This document shows, piece after piece, positions 21,217 to 30,464 of a stretch of DNA of 47,572 nucleotides. The first letter of the stretch is position 1, and each line of letters starts with the position of its first letter. The notes below the pieces were generated by a model. That model worked only from the letters and a program-made list of their open reading frames with translations. It made no database searches and was not told where the DNA came from. Position numbers and translations under genes: made by a program. The stretch is from an uncultured Gammaproteobacteria bacterium (GTDB lineage Bacteria > Patescibacteriota > Patescibacteriia > Magasanikbacterales > UBA922). The DNA is taken from contig CAZHEJ010000001.1 in assembly GCA_964531615.1 (NCBI GenBank), forward strand, positions 1 through 47,572, written 5' to 3'.

Positions 21217-22366
21217 TCCAAAGTCCTAATAATACCACTGTTGCATGCAGTATCCAGAATCGCATTACGGTTTTTTCTTCGCTCCATCCGCAAAGCTCAA
21301 AATGATGGTGCAGGGGCGCCATTTTGAAAATTCGCCTGCCCAAGCTGTATCTGCCGATAATTTGTATCACTACGGTTAACAATTCCACATAAAAAATAAA
21401 TCCCAAAAAAGGGAGCAGGAGCATTTTATTTATTACAATCGTGTTTATGGCAAGTAGCGAGCCGAGTCCGAGCGATCCGACATCGCCCATTTGGAATCTC
21501 GCTGGCTTGACATTGAAATAAGTGTAGGTGATGAGCGCGCCGACAGTAGTGGCGTTGAGCAGAGTGATATATGTATAGCCAGTAAGCCACGAGAGCAGAG
21601 TTAAAGCGGAAAAAGTGATTACCAGCGAACCGCCGGCAAGGCCGTCCATGCCGTCTGCCACATTTACCGCATTGGCAGTGAACATTACAAAAAAAATAAT
21701 CAGCGGAATAATCCACCAGCCGATATCTATGTTGCCGTTGAAGGGAATATAAATTTCTTTCCAATGTGCACCGAGTTTGAAGTAAATCCAGTAAGCTGCG
21801 ATGGCGCCGGCAACGAATTGCAAAAGCAATTTTTCATGCACGTGCACGCCCTTGCCCGGGTGAGAGCCGAGCCAAAGCGATGTGCGTTTGAAAATTGACC
21901 ACGGCAGAGTAAGAATCAGCCAGATTTTTTGCTTCCATTCCCTATGCACGCGGATTAAAGTCAAAATATGCTTTATTTTTCTGTTTCTTCTTTCATGCCC
22001 GTAAATATGCATTACATCATCAATACCGCCTAAAAGCGCAGACAAGAGCATTACACCGATTGGCACCCAAGTAAATTTTCTTTCCCAATTAAAAAGCATG
22101 GTAATTACAGCGACAGTCACAATAATCAAAAGCCCGCCCATAATCGGCGTGCCTGCTTTTTTTTCAACGTTCAGAGTTGAATCATAATCAGATCTGCGCG
22201 TAAGTTTGTATTTGTATAATATTTTTGTTAAAACAGGAGCCCATAAAAAAGCGGCCAGACAAGAAATTAGGCCGTAAAAAATAGAGGTTTTTAAAAGCTC
22301 CAATGATACATTGATTATTGCCATAGTAAGCTTATTTATGATAGCAGAAAAAGCTTTTATATTCAA
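21203..22366 (-). CDS. mraY: Phospho-N-acetylmuramoyl-pentapeptide transferase
   Basis: KKAGTPIMGG, NAVNVADGMDGLAGG, MGDVGSLGLG and APLHHHFELCGWSE. A possible internal start lies at 22324. Confidence 0.93.
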   Translation of the reverse strand: MNIKAFSAIINKLTMAIINVSLELLKTSIFYGLISCLAAFLWAPVLTKILYKYKLTRRSDYDSTLNVEKKAGTPIMGGLLIIVTVAVITMLFNWERKFTWVPIGVMLLSALLGGIDDVMHIYGHERRNRKIKHILTLIRVHREWKQKIWLILTLPWSIFKRTSLWLGSHPGKGVHVHEKLLLQFVAGAIAAYWIYFKLGAHWKEIYIPFNGNIDIGWWIIPLIIFFVMFTANAVNVADGMDGLAGGSLVITFSALTLLSWLTGYTYITLLNATTVGALITYTYFNVKPARFQMGDVGSLGLGSLLAINTIVINKMLLLPFLGFIFYVELLTVVIQIIGRYSLGRRIFKMAPLHHHFELCGWSEEKTVMRFWILHATVVLLGLWIALY

Positions 22367-22407
22367 ATTTAGCGGGATTTGCTGAATTATGGTATAATTT
22401 TATTAAT

Positions 22408-23745
22408 ATGGCAGAACCTCAATATAAAAAGGCGTATGTTGTCACTGTTGACATGGGTTACGGCCATCAGCGGGCGGCTTATCCGCTCAAAGATATTGCC
22501 GAGAGAGGAATAATAAATGCCAACCGCTATGCGGGCATTCCCAAGTCAGATGTAAGATTGTGGGAGGGGAGCCGAAAGCTTTATGAAAGGATTTCCCGCT
22601 TGAAAAGTCTTCCGCTTATCGGCGAGTGGATTTTTAGGTTAATGGATTATTTCCAGCGCATTGAAAGATTTTATCCTATCCGCAATTTGCATAAACCAAG
22701 CTGTCAATTAAGGCAAGTCTACAGGATGATAAGAAAAGGCTGGGGAAAGGATTTGGTGGAAAAATTGAACCGTAAGCCACTGCCTCTGATTAGCACATTT
22801 TTTGCAACATCATATTTTGCCGAGGAACACGGCTATAAAGGGCCTATTTATCTATTGGTTTGTGATGCCGACTGCTCAAGAGTCTGGGCGCCATTGGAGC
22901 CGGAAAAGACCAAAATTAAATATTTAGTGCCAAACCGCCGGGTGCAGGAGCGCCTGCAGGAGTATGGCGTTAAAGCGGATAATATTTTTATCACCGGCTT
23001 TCCCCTGCCAAAGGAAAACATCGGCGGCAGGGATTTGAAAATTCTTAAAATTAGCCTGGCGCACCGAATTGCGCATCTTGACCCGGAAAACCGCTATCAG
23101 AAAAAATATGAAAAGACGCTTAAGGAATTTTTGGGGAATGCTTATAATCCGCGCAAGGAAGCCGGGCACCCGCTCACAATAACCTTTGCCGTCGGCGGAG
23201 CCGGAGCCCAGCGCGAGATAGGCGCCACTATATTGAACAGCCTGCACGGCCATATCGGCAACGGCCAAATCTGCCTGAATCTGGTAGCCGGAGTCAGGAA
23301 TGACGTGTATCTTTATTATCAGGATGAAATCAATAAATTGGGGCTAATGAAAGAAAAGAACGGCCATATCAATATTTTGTATGCGGACAATAAAACAGAA
23401 TATTTTGAAAAATTCAATAAATTGCTTTTAGATACTGATATATTATGGACCAAGCCGAGCGAACTGTCTTTTTACGCGGGTTTGGGCCTGCCGATTATTA
23501 TGGCGCCGACGGTCGGTTCGCAGGAAGAATTCAACAAATCATGGCTTACTGCCATAGGAGCCGGCGTTGTCCAAGAGGATCCGCATTATACGCACCAGTG
23601 GCTTTTTGACTGGCTGCAATCCGGCTGGCTGGCCGAGGCGGCAATGAATGGATTTTTAAATGCCCCGCGCAATGGCGTTTATCATATTGAAGAGGTTGTC
23701 CTGCGCGGCAAAAGAAGTGAAATAGAAGATATACACCTTTTGTAA
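22408..23745 (+). CDS. GT-B glycosyltransferase, GT28 MGDG-synthase/UgtP-like
   Basis: N-terminal DMGYGHQRAA, FAVGGAGAQ and ILWTKPSELSFYAGLGLPIIMAPTVGSQEEFN resemble the UgtP/MGDG-synthase C-terminal motif. Confidence 0.62.
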   Translation: MAEPQYKKAYVVTVDMGYGHQRAAYPLKDIAERGIINANRYAGIPKSDVRLWEGSRKLYERISRLKSLPLIGEWIFRLMDYFQRIERFYPIRNLHKPSCQLRQVYRMIRKGWGKDLVEKLNRKPLPLISTFFATSYFAEEHGYKGPIYLLVCDADCSRVWAPLEPEKTKIKYLVPNRRVQERLQEYGVKADNIFITGFPLPKENIGGRDLKILKISLAHRIAHLDPENRYQKKYEKTLKEFLGNAYNPRKEAGHPLTITFAVGGAGAQREIGATILNSLHGHIGNGQICLNLVAGVRNDVYLYYQDEINKLGLMKEKNGHINILYADNKTEYFEKFNKLLLDTDILWTKPSELSFYAGLGLPIIMAPTVGSQEEFNKSWLTAIGAGVVQEDPHYTHQWLFDWLQSGWLAEAAMNGFLNAPRNGVYHIEEVVLRGKRSEIEDIHLL

Positions 23746-23758
23746 TTTCAAATTAATT

Positions 23759-24661
23759 ATGTGGTTCGCAGTTTCTCTCATCGGCTACGCGTTTTTGGCT
23801 CTTGTAGCCATTCTTGACAAATTCATCGTCTCCAAGTCAGTTCGGCCGGTTGTTTATTCTTTTTACTCCACGATTTTTATGTTCGGCGCGCTGTTGGCGC
23901 TTCCTTTTGTCAGCTGGGAATTTTTAAAAGGCATTGATTGGCTGTGGGCTTGCGCGTCCGGCATTGCATTTGGCTTGGGAATGTGGACCTTGTATTTGGC
24001 AGTTAAAAAAGGCGAAGCCACACACATCAGCCCATTTAACGGCGCAATGGTCAGCATTTTTATTTATCTTTTGGCTTCGTTTTTTTTGTCTGAAAAACTT
24101 ACAGGAGCACAGATCTGCGGAATAGCTGTTTTGGTCTTTGCTTCTTTGCTTTTATCTTTTGAAAAAACCAGAACACACAGCGGATTCCATATTGGATTTA
24201 TCTGGGCGATTTTTTCTGGTTTGCTTTTTGCAATTTCCCATGTTTCGGCAAAATATTTGTATGGGATTTATCCGTTTTGGCCGGCATTTATTTGGACCAG
24301 GGCGACAACAGGGCTGGTCGGATTATTTTTATTGCTATCGCCAGCAGTAAGAGATTCATTTCATTCAGGCCATAAAGAGTCAAAGACTTATGCTCGCCGG
24401 CATGCTGGCTTGATAATTTTTTCCAATAAAGCTTTAAGCGTGATTGCCATTGTGCTAATCCAGTTTGCCATGTCAGTTGGAAGCGTGACTATAGTTGGAG
24501 CTTTGAGCGGTTTGCAGTTCAGTTTAATGTTTTTATTTGTTTATTTGTCAACAAAATTCCTGCCAAAAGTGTTTAAAGAATATTTTACAAAGAGGGAAGT
24601 CGCTGTAGAAATTATCGCAATAATATTAGTAGCGATTGGGGGTGTGTTTTTTATTATATAA
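23759..24661 (+). CDS. EamA/DMT-family transporter
   Basis: 300 aa with about 10 TM helices. Confidence 0.7.
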   Translation: MWFAVSLIGYAFLALVAILDKFIVSKSVRPVVYSFYSTIFMFGALLALPFVSWEFLKGIDWLWACASGIAFGLGMWTLYLAVKKGEATHISPFNGAMVSIFIYLLASFFLSEKLTGAQICGIAVLVFASLLLSFEKTRTHSGFHIGFIWAIFSGLLFAISHVSAKYLYGIYPFWPAFIWTRATTGLVGLFLLLSPAVRDSFHSGHKESKTYARRHAGLIIFSNKALSVIAIVLIQFAMSVGSVTIVGALSGLQFSLMFLFVYLSTKFLPKVFKEYFTKREVAVEIIAIILVAIGGVFFII

Positions 24662-24671
24662 TGATTTAATT

Positions 24672-25673
24672 ATGAAAAAAGCATTGATAACAGTTGGTAT
24701 AATCATTTTGTTTTTAGGCGTTTTTTATACGTATCTATGGTTTGCATCGCGAATCAAGTATCATGTTGATTATGGCATCAGCTTCAACCGCCAGCATGCG
24801 CAGTTTTTGGGCTTGGTTTGGGAAAAGGCTTACATTGACATGCTTGATGAACTAAAGCCACGATACATCCGCCTTTCTGCCACCTGGAATGAAGCAGAAT
24901 CTGAACAAGGCAAATTTAAAAGTCCGGAAATTGATTGGCAGATGGCAGAAGCAGACAAGCGGGGGATTAAAGTCGCGCTGGTAGTCGGGCAAAAGGCCCC
25001 GCGCTGGCCAGAATGCCATGTGCCGGGCTGGGCGGAAAGTTTGTCAGCAGAAGAATACAAACAGGAACTTTTGGATTACATCAAAACTATTGTGGAAAGA
25101 TATAAAAATAATCCTGCTTTGGAAATTTGGCAGGTTGAGAATGAGCCATTTATCAGATTTCGTTTTGGCAATTGCGAACGTTTTGATGAAAGTTTGGTGA
25201 AAGAGGAAATTAATTTGGTAAAATCGCTTGACCAAGCGCATAAAATAATGATAACTGACAGCGGAGAACTGAGCACCTGGCGCAAGGCCAGCCGAGCCGG
25301 CGATATTTTTGGCACTACATTGTACCGCGTGGTGCGGACGCCCGGCGGCCATGTCTGGACTTATGATTGGTTGCCGGCCGCGTTTTATCGTTTAAAAGCG
25401 AAATTCTGGAGTTTGGACATTAAAAATGTTTTTGTTTCAGAGCTTCAGGCAGAGCCGTGGTTTGTTGACAGCAATCCAAACAGCGCTTCCATTGCCGAGC
25501 AGGAGGAAACAATGAACCCAGAGCGTTTGCAAAAGCATTTTGATTATGTCTCGCGCATCGGCGTTACTCGCGCCTATCTTTGGGGAGCGGAATGGTGGTA
25601 TTGGATGAAGGAAAAGCAGGGCGACGCGAGGTATTGGAATTTCGTAAAAGAAAAATTGTTGTTGACAAAGTAA
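24672..25673 (+). CDS. Membrane-anchored glycoside hydrolase, clan GH-A (GH5-like)
   Basis: N-terminal TM helix, an (alpha/beta)8-type pattern and the acid/base motif WQVENEP. The ATG at 24672 is preferred over 24636. Confidence 0.6.
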   Translation: MKKALITVGIIILFLGVFYTYLWFASRIKYHVDYGISFNRQHAQFLGLVWEKAYIDMLDELKPRYIRLSATWNEAESEQGKFKSPEIDWQMAEADKRGIKVALVVGQKAPRWPECHVPGWAESLSAEEYKQELLDYIKTIVERYKNNPALEIWQVENEPFIRFRFGNCERFDESLVKEEINLVKSLDQAHKIMITDSGELSTWRKASRAGDIFGTTLYRVVRTPGGHVWTYDWLPAAFYRLKAKFWSLDIKNVFVSELQAEPWFVDSNPNSASIAEQEETMNPERLQKHFDYVSRIGVTRAYLWGAEWWYWMKEKQGDARYWNFVKEKLLLTK

Positions 25674-25701
25674 GATTGATAATATAAATTTATGTAGTTA
25701 T

Positions 25702-25775
25702 GGACGCGTAGCTCAGCTGGTTAGAGCGTCTCGTTTACACCGAGAAGGCCAGGGGTCCGAATCCCTTCGCGTCCA
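25702..25775 (+). tRNA. tRNA-Val (anticodon TAC), no encoded 3' CCA
   Basis: Manual cloverleaf of 74 nt. Acceptor GGACGCG/CGCGTCC, D arm GCTC-AGCTGGTTA-GAGC, anticodon arm TCTCG-TTTACAC-CGAGA, T arm AGGGG-TCCGAAT-CCCTT, discriminator A. Confidence 0.9.
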
Positions 25776-25785
25776 CACTCACATT

Positions 25786-26973
25786 ATGTTCAAATACAAA
25801 CGTCTTGACAAAGATTTTTCTATTATTCAGTATCAGGGAATTTTTCGCAAACAGATCGGCCTTTTGGAGGGTGTGGCTTTGATAGTGGCCGGTACTTTGG
25901 GAGCCGGAATTCTGGGCTTGCCATATGCAGTATCCAAAGTCGGCAGTCTGCTCGGCATTGTTTATATTTTTGTTTTGGGTTTCCTGATGATTGGCTTTAA
26001 TTTGCTGCTTGGCGAAGTGGCTGTGCGCACCAGGGGTGAATTTCAGCTGGTTGGTTTGGCGAAAAAATATTTAGGTCCGGCCGGCAAATGGCTGATGACC
26101 CTGTTGGTATATTTGATTTCATTTGGTGTCTTAAATATTTATATTATCGGCGAAGGCCAATCTTTATCAGCTTTATTTGGCGGTTCTCCGCTGGTTTGGA
26201 GTTTGCTGTTTTGGGCGGCGGGTAGTTTTTTTATTTATTTGGGCCTGCGTCTGGTCAAGGTTCTGGATTTTTTCATCAGCTTGTTGATTTTTTTGGCTGT
26301 TTTGGTCATCAGCGTTTTAGCCGCTCCCCATATAGAGATTGTTAATTTGAGTTATAGCCAGCCGGTTTATTTTCTCTTTCCTTTTGGCGTAGTTTTGTTC
26401 GCCTTTGCCGGCAGCGGCGCGGTGCTGGAAGCGCATACTTTGCTCAAAGGGGAAAAACTGGCTTTTAAAAAAGCCATCATGGTTGCCGGTTTAATCTTAA
26501 TGGCGATTTATACTATTTTTACCTTGGTGGTTTTAGGCATTACCGGTTTGGCGACTACGGAAATCGCCACTATTGGTTTGAGTGAAAAAATCGGCGCGGC
26601 AATGCTGATTGTCGGCAATCTGTTTGCCGCTTTGTTGCTGGGCAGCAGTTTTCTAAATCAAGGATTATTTTTCCGCGATTCCCTGCACTGGGATTACAAA
26701 CTGCCTCGCTGGCTGGCCACGGCCGTGGTTTGTGGAGTTCCTTTGCTGATTTTTCTTCTCGGCATGCGAAGTTTTATCTTAATGATTGATATTGTCGGGG
26801 GCGTGTTTTTAACTACGGAAATGCTGCTTGTTATCCTTATTTACTGGAAAGCCAAGCGGCTGGGCGATCTGCCTGCCGGACGGTACAAACTGCATAATGT
26901 TTATCTGTTGGCCGCGCTGCTTGTTCTGGCGCTGGCGGTTGGAGGGGTGTACAGCGTGGTGAAGATGTTTTGA
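25786..26973 (+). CDS. Amino-acid permease (APC superfamily, aromatic amino-acid transporter-like)
   Basis: 395 aa with about 11 TM helices and an N-terminal GTLGAGILGLPYA motif. Confidence 0.72.
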   Translation: MFKYKRLDKDFSIIQYQGIFRKQIGLLEGVALIVAGTLGAGILGLPYAVSKVGSLLGIVYIFVLGFLMIGFNLLLGEVAVRTRGEFQLVGLAKKYLGPAGKWLMTLLVYLISFGVLNIYIIGEGQSLSALFGGSPLVWSLLFWAAGSFFIYLGLRLVKVLDFFISLLIFLAVLVISVLAAPHIEIVNLSYSQPVYFLFPFGVVLFAFAGSGAVLEAHTLLKGEKLAFKKAIMVAGLILMAIYTIFTLVVLGITGLATTEIATIGLSEKIGAAMLIVGNLFAALLLGSSFLNQGLFFRDSLHWDYKLPRWLATAVVCGVPLLIFLLGMRSFILMIDIVGGVFLTTEMLLVILIYWKAKRLGDLPAGRYKLHNVYLLAALLVLALAVGGVYSVVKMF

Positions 26974-26998
26974 CAATTTAGCAATATAACAATATAAT
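26970..26998 (+). promoter_or_regulatory. Perfect-consensus sigma70 promoter (TTGACA-17-TATAAT) for metK
   Basis: Direct reading. The -35 overlaps the permease stop codon. Confidence 0.7.
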
Positions 26999-27049
26999 AT
27001 ACTCGTTCAAGAAAATGGTTGTTTTTTATTTATTCATAATTCATATATT

Positions 27050-28204
27050 ATGTCCAAATATCTTTTTACATCAGAATCAGTCACCGAAGGCCATCCTGAC
27101 AAGGTTTGCGATCAGCTCTCGGACGCTCTTTATGACGAGATGCTTAAACAGGATTTGAACGCGCATGCTGGGATTGAATGTTTTTGCACCACTGGCTTGG
27201 TATTGGTCGGCGGAGAAGCCAGAACCACAGCCTATGTTGATATTCAGAAGACAGTGAGAAATGTCTTGAATGATATTGGCTATGACAAATCAGAATATGG
27301 TTTTTGCGGGGATGATGTGGGCGTGGTTGTTACTTTGCATGAGCAGTCGCCAGACATTGCCCAGGGAGTTGACGAGGGCAAAGGCGAATTTAAAGAGCAG
27401 GGCGCTGGCGACCAGGGGCTGATGTTCGGCTATGCCAGCAATGAAACCCCAGAGTTGATGCCGCTTCCCATAATGCTCGCGCATAAGCTTACGCGCAAGC
27501 TGGCAGAGGTGCGGAAAAATAAAACCCTGCCATATCTGCGGCCAGACGGCAAGAGCCAAGTTACGGTTGAATACGAAGATGATAAGCCAAGAAGAGTTAC
27601 GACTGTTGTGATAGCCGCGCACCATTCAGAAGATGTGCCAACTGAAAAATTAAAACAGGATATTACTGAAAATGTGATAAAGCCGGTTTTGGGCAAATAT
27701 TTTACTCCTGAAACAAGAATTTTCATCAACAGCACAGGCAGATTTGTGCTCGGCGGGCCTCCGGCTGACGCTGGCCTTACTGGCAGAAAAATCATTGTTG
27801 ACACTTATGGCGGAGTGGGCGCGCACGGCGGCGGGTGCTTTTCCGGCAAGTGCATTACAAAAGTTGATAGAAGCGGAAGCTACATGGCGCGCTATGTTGC
27901 GAAAAATATAGTCGCGGCCGGGCTGGCGGACAAATGCGAATTGCAGGTGGCATATTCAATCGGCGTGGCAGAGCCAGTGAGCATATTTGTGAATACTTTT
28001 GGCACTGGCAAAGTTTCTGATGAAAAAATTGTTGAATTGATAAAAAAACACTTCAGCTTCAAGCCGAAAGATATTATTACGCAGTTAAATCTGAGACAGC
28101 CGATTTATCGCCAGACCGCGGCCTACGGGCATTTTGGCCGTCCGGAATTTCCGTGGGAGAAAACTGATAAGGCGGAGGAGTTGAAGTCAGCTATAAGTTT
28201 ATAA
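27050..28204 (+). CDS. metK: S-adenosylmethionine synthetase
   Basis: [37 protein letters not shown] and [10 protein letters not shown]. Confidence 0.97.
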   Translation: MSKYLFTSESVTEGHPDKVCDQLSDALYDEMLKQDLNAHAGIECFCTTGLVLVGGEARTTAYVDIQKTVRNVLNDIGYDKSEYGFCGDDVGVVVTLHEQSPDIAQGVDEGKGEFKEQGAGDQGLMFGYASNETPELMPLPIMLAHKLTRKLAEVRKNKTLPYLRPDGKSQVTVEYEDDKPRRVTTVVIAAHHSEDVPTEKLKQDITENVIKPVLGKYFTPETRIFINSTGRFVLGGPPADAGLTGRKIIVDTYGGVGAHGGGCFSGKCITKVDRSGSYMARYVAKNIVAAGLADKCELQVAYSIGVAEPVSIFVNTFGTGKVSDEKIVELIKKHFSFKPKDIITQLNLRQPIYRQTAAYGHFGRPEFPWEKTDKAEELKSAISL

Positions 28205-28227
28205 GCAGAGTAAGCAGATTAAACAAC

Positions 28228-28266
28228 ACAACCCGCTCAGATTCTTGAGCGGGTTGTTCTCTTTTG
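28228..28266. terminator. Stem-loop terminator between convergent metK and the small membrane protein gene
   Basis: acaacccgctca-gattct-tgagcgggttgt is a 12-bp stem, followed by tctcttttgg. Confidence 0.7.
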
Positions 28267-28320
28267 GCGCTAAACGAGTTGGCAACAAAAGAGATTGAGC
28301 GCGGTGACCACAGGTAGGGT

Positions 28321-28602
28321 TCATGAATGATTGGTGTGGGCGCGCTGAGATGAAAGAGCGGGGATATTCTCGGGTCGGAGCTGGTGTTTTAAAATTTTTT
28401 TCATTCGTCTCTGTCTCATCAAATATTGTATTCTCTGAGAAGCAGAACTCAATACTTTGGTCAAGAACCATGAAGCAAGAAATGCTCCTGCCATGACGAA
28501 ACACAGAAGACTGATTCCGTCAGCCTGCGGGGTAATTGAATCTGCGGGGATAAAGAAAAGTGAGTAGCTGCTAACCAAAAGAACTAAAAACAGAAATAAC
28601 AT
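28321..28602 (-). CDS. Small membrane protein, unknown function
   Basis: 93 aa with two hydrophobic helices and a basic tail. A strong RBS (AGGAGGAATTATG) precedes it on the minus strand. Confidence 0.5.
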   Translation of the reverse strand: MLFLFLVLLVSSYSLFFIPADSITPQADGISLLCFVMAGAFLASWFLTKVLSSASQRIQYLMRQRRMKKILKHQLRPENIPALSSQRAHTNHS

Positions 28603-28642
28603 AATTCCTCCTAAATAAAGTTGCCCCGATTATAGCACATTT

Positions 28643-28671
28643 TTGACTTTTTGTCAAGGGCAGAGTATAAT
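28643..28671 (+). promoter_or_regulatory. Sigma70-like promoter (TTGACT-17-TATAAT) for uppP-gpsA
   Basis: Direct reading. Confidence 0.65.
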
Positions 28672-28693
28672 AAAACGCATAAATAAGCCATTT

Positions 28694-29452
28694 ATGGACG
28701 TTATTCAAGCGTTATTTTTAGGTATAATCCAAGGTTTGACCGAGTTTTTGCCAATCTCCTCATCCGGGCATTTAATTTTTATCCCCAAGTTGTTTGGGTG
28801 GGCAGACCAAGGGCTGGCGTTTGATACGATTATTCATCTGGGAACGCTGGCAGCAGTAGTGGTATATTTTAGAAAAAGAATGACAGATAGAAAATTAGGC
28901 TGGTTAATAATTTTAAGTGTAATTCCTGCCGGAATAATCGGGTTTTTTTGGGGGGAGTGGATTGAGAATACTTTCAGGTCAGCGTTAGTTGTGGGAGTGA
29001 ATATGATATTTTGGGGCATAGTATTGTTGGTTGCGGATAATATCAGAAGATTAAAAGATTGGAAGATTAAAAGATTAGAAAATTTAAGCTGTGGCAAAGC
29101 ATTATTTATCGGATGCGCGCAGGCGATAGCGCTGATTCCCGGGGTCAGCCGATCTGGAATTACAATGACAGCCGGATTGTTTTCAAAACTGGATAAAAAA
29201 AGCGCGGCAGAATTTTCTTTTTTAATGAGCGCGCCGATTATTTTTTTAGCAGGCTTGTCAGGAATGCTGGATTTTACAAAACAGGAAACAGGAACAGCAA
29301 TTTTGCCGCTGGCTGTCGGATTTATCGCGTCAGCCATAAGCGGATTTGTTGCAATATGGGGATTGATGAAAATAATTCAGAAATGGAGCTATGCCCCGTT
29401 CGTTGTTTACAGGATTATTATCGGAATTTTAATTTTAGCGTTTTTATTATGA
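28694..29452 (+). CDS. uppP: Undecaprenyl-diphosphate phosphatase
   Basis: GLTEFLPISSSGH and PGVSRSGITMTAG motifs. A consensus-like promoter lies upstream. Confidence 0.9.
   Translation: MDVIQALFLGIIQGLTEFLPISSSGHLIFIPKLFGWADQGLAFDTIIHLGTLAAVVVYFRKRMTDRKLGWLIILSVIPAGIIGFFWGEWIENTFRSALVVGVNMIFWGIVLLVADNIRRLKDWKIKRLENLSCGKALFIGCAQAIALIPGVSRSGITMTAGLFSKLDKKSAAEFSFLMSAPIIFLAGLSGMLDFTKQETGTAILPLAVGFIASAISGFVAIWGLMKIIQKWSYAPFVVYRIIIGILILAFLL
29048..29079 (+). repeat. 16-nt direct duplication in-frame in uppP (RLKDWKIKRLE)
   Basis: agattaaaagattgga agattaaaagattaga. Confidence 0.85.
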
Positions 29453-30456
29453 GCGGAAAAAAGACATTAGCTGTTTTGGGAGCCGGCAACATGGGCACTG
29501 CTGTGGCATTTGTCTTGGCAGACAACGGCCATCAGGTAAAAATCTGGAACTGGGAAGGCGACATTGAGCCGTTGAAGCAGATTGAAAAATACCATGAGAA
29601 CAAGAAATATCTGCCAAAAGTCAAATTGTCGGATAATATCATACCTTGCTATAAAATCGCCGAAGCGGTCAAAGACGCGGAAGTGATATTTTTCGTGGTG
29701 CCGAGCGGGGTAATGGAGCACACTGTTTCATTCGCCGCGCGCAATATCAAGCATAATGCTGTGCTGGTTGATGTTTCCAAAGGCATTGACAGTCATTCTT
29801 TCGGCCTGATTCCCTATGTGATGATGAAGCATGTCCGGCCAGAGCTGAAAAAAAATATTCTTTGCATTTCCGGTCCTGCAATTGCCAAGCAGATGGCGCA
29901 CCGCCAGTTTACTGCCATGAGCATCGCGGGAAAAAACAAGCAGGCCATAAAAAAAGTCAAACAAGTAATGGAAAATAATTACATCAAGCTGATTATTTCT
30001 GATGACATGATTGGCGTGGAAGTTGGCGGTTCATTTAAAAACGTTTATTCAATCGCAATGGGAATCTGCGACGCTTTGGGGTACGGGCTTAACACCAAGG
30101 CAGCGCTGATTGTGAGCGCGATTTCTGAAATGGCTGATTTAATCAAAGCTATGGGGGGCAAGCGCTATACTGCTTACGAACTTTCCGGTCTCGGCGATTT
30201 AATCGGCACAGCATTATGCGAAGACAGCAGGAACCGCAGATTCGGCGAATATCTTGGTAAAGGAATGAGCGGAAAAACAGCGTTGAAAAAAGCAGGCCAG
30301 ACTGTTGAAGGCGTGGAAGCGGCCAGATGCCTGATGATTTTGGCGGAAAAATATCGCATCAAACTGCCTTTTGCTGAAACTATCTACCAGTGCATACATG
30401 GCAAGGGACAGGCTGGCAACAGAATTAAAAAATATTTAAAACAATGTTCGTTTTAA
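29449..30456 (+). CDS. gpsA: NAD(P)H-dependent glycerol-3-phosphate dehydrogenase
   Basis: LAVLGAGNMGTA Rossmann motif, GSFKNVYSIAMG and EGVEAA. The ATGA overlaps uppP. Confidence 0.9.
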   Translation: MSGKKTLAVLGAGNMGTAVAFVLADNGHQVKIWNWEGDIEPLKQIEKYHENKKYLPKVKLSDNIIPCYKIAEAVKDAEVIFFVVPSGVMEHTVSFAARNIKHNAVLVDVSKGIDSHSFGLIPYVMMKHVRPELKKNILCISGPAIAKQMAHRQFTAMSIAGKNKQAIKKVKQVMENNYIKLIISDDMIGVEVGGSFKNVYSIAMGICDALGYGLNTKAALIVSAISEMADLIKAMGGKRYTAYELSGLGDLIGTALCEDSRNRRFGEYLGKGMSGKTALKKAGQTVEGVEAARCLMILAEKYRIKLPFAETIYQCIHGKGQAGNRIKKYLKQCSF

Positions 30457-30464
30457 TTTTATAT

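Noticed and set aside
26999-27049. A SAM riboswitch upstream of metK.
   Set aside because: The leader between the consensus promoter and the ATG is only about 45-50 nt and AT-rich. It is too short and lacks the conserved SAM-I/SAM-II helices.
28199-28504. A 101-aa minus-strand ORF overlapping the metK stop and the terminator.
   Set aside because: It competes with the 28321-28602 ORF, which has a strong AGGAGG RBS and TM helices. It would also have to read through the terminator hairpin.
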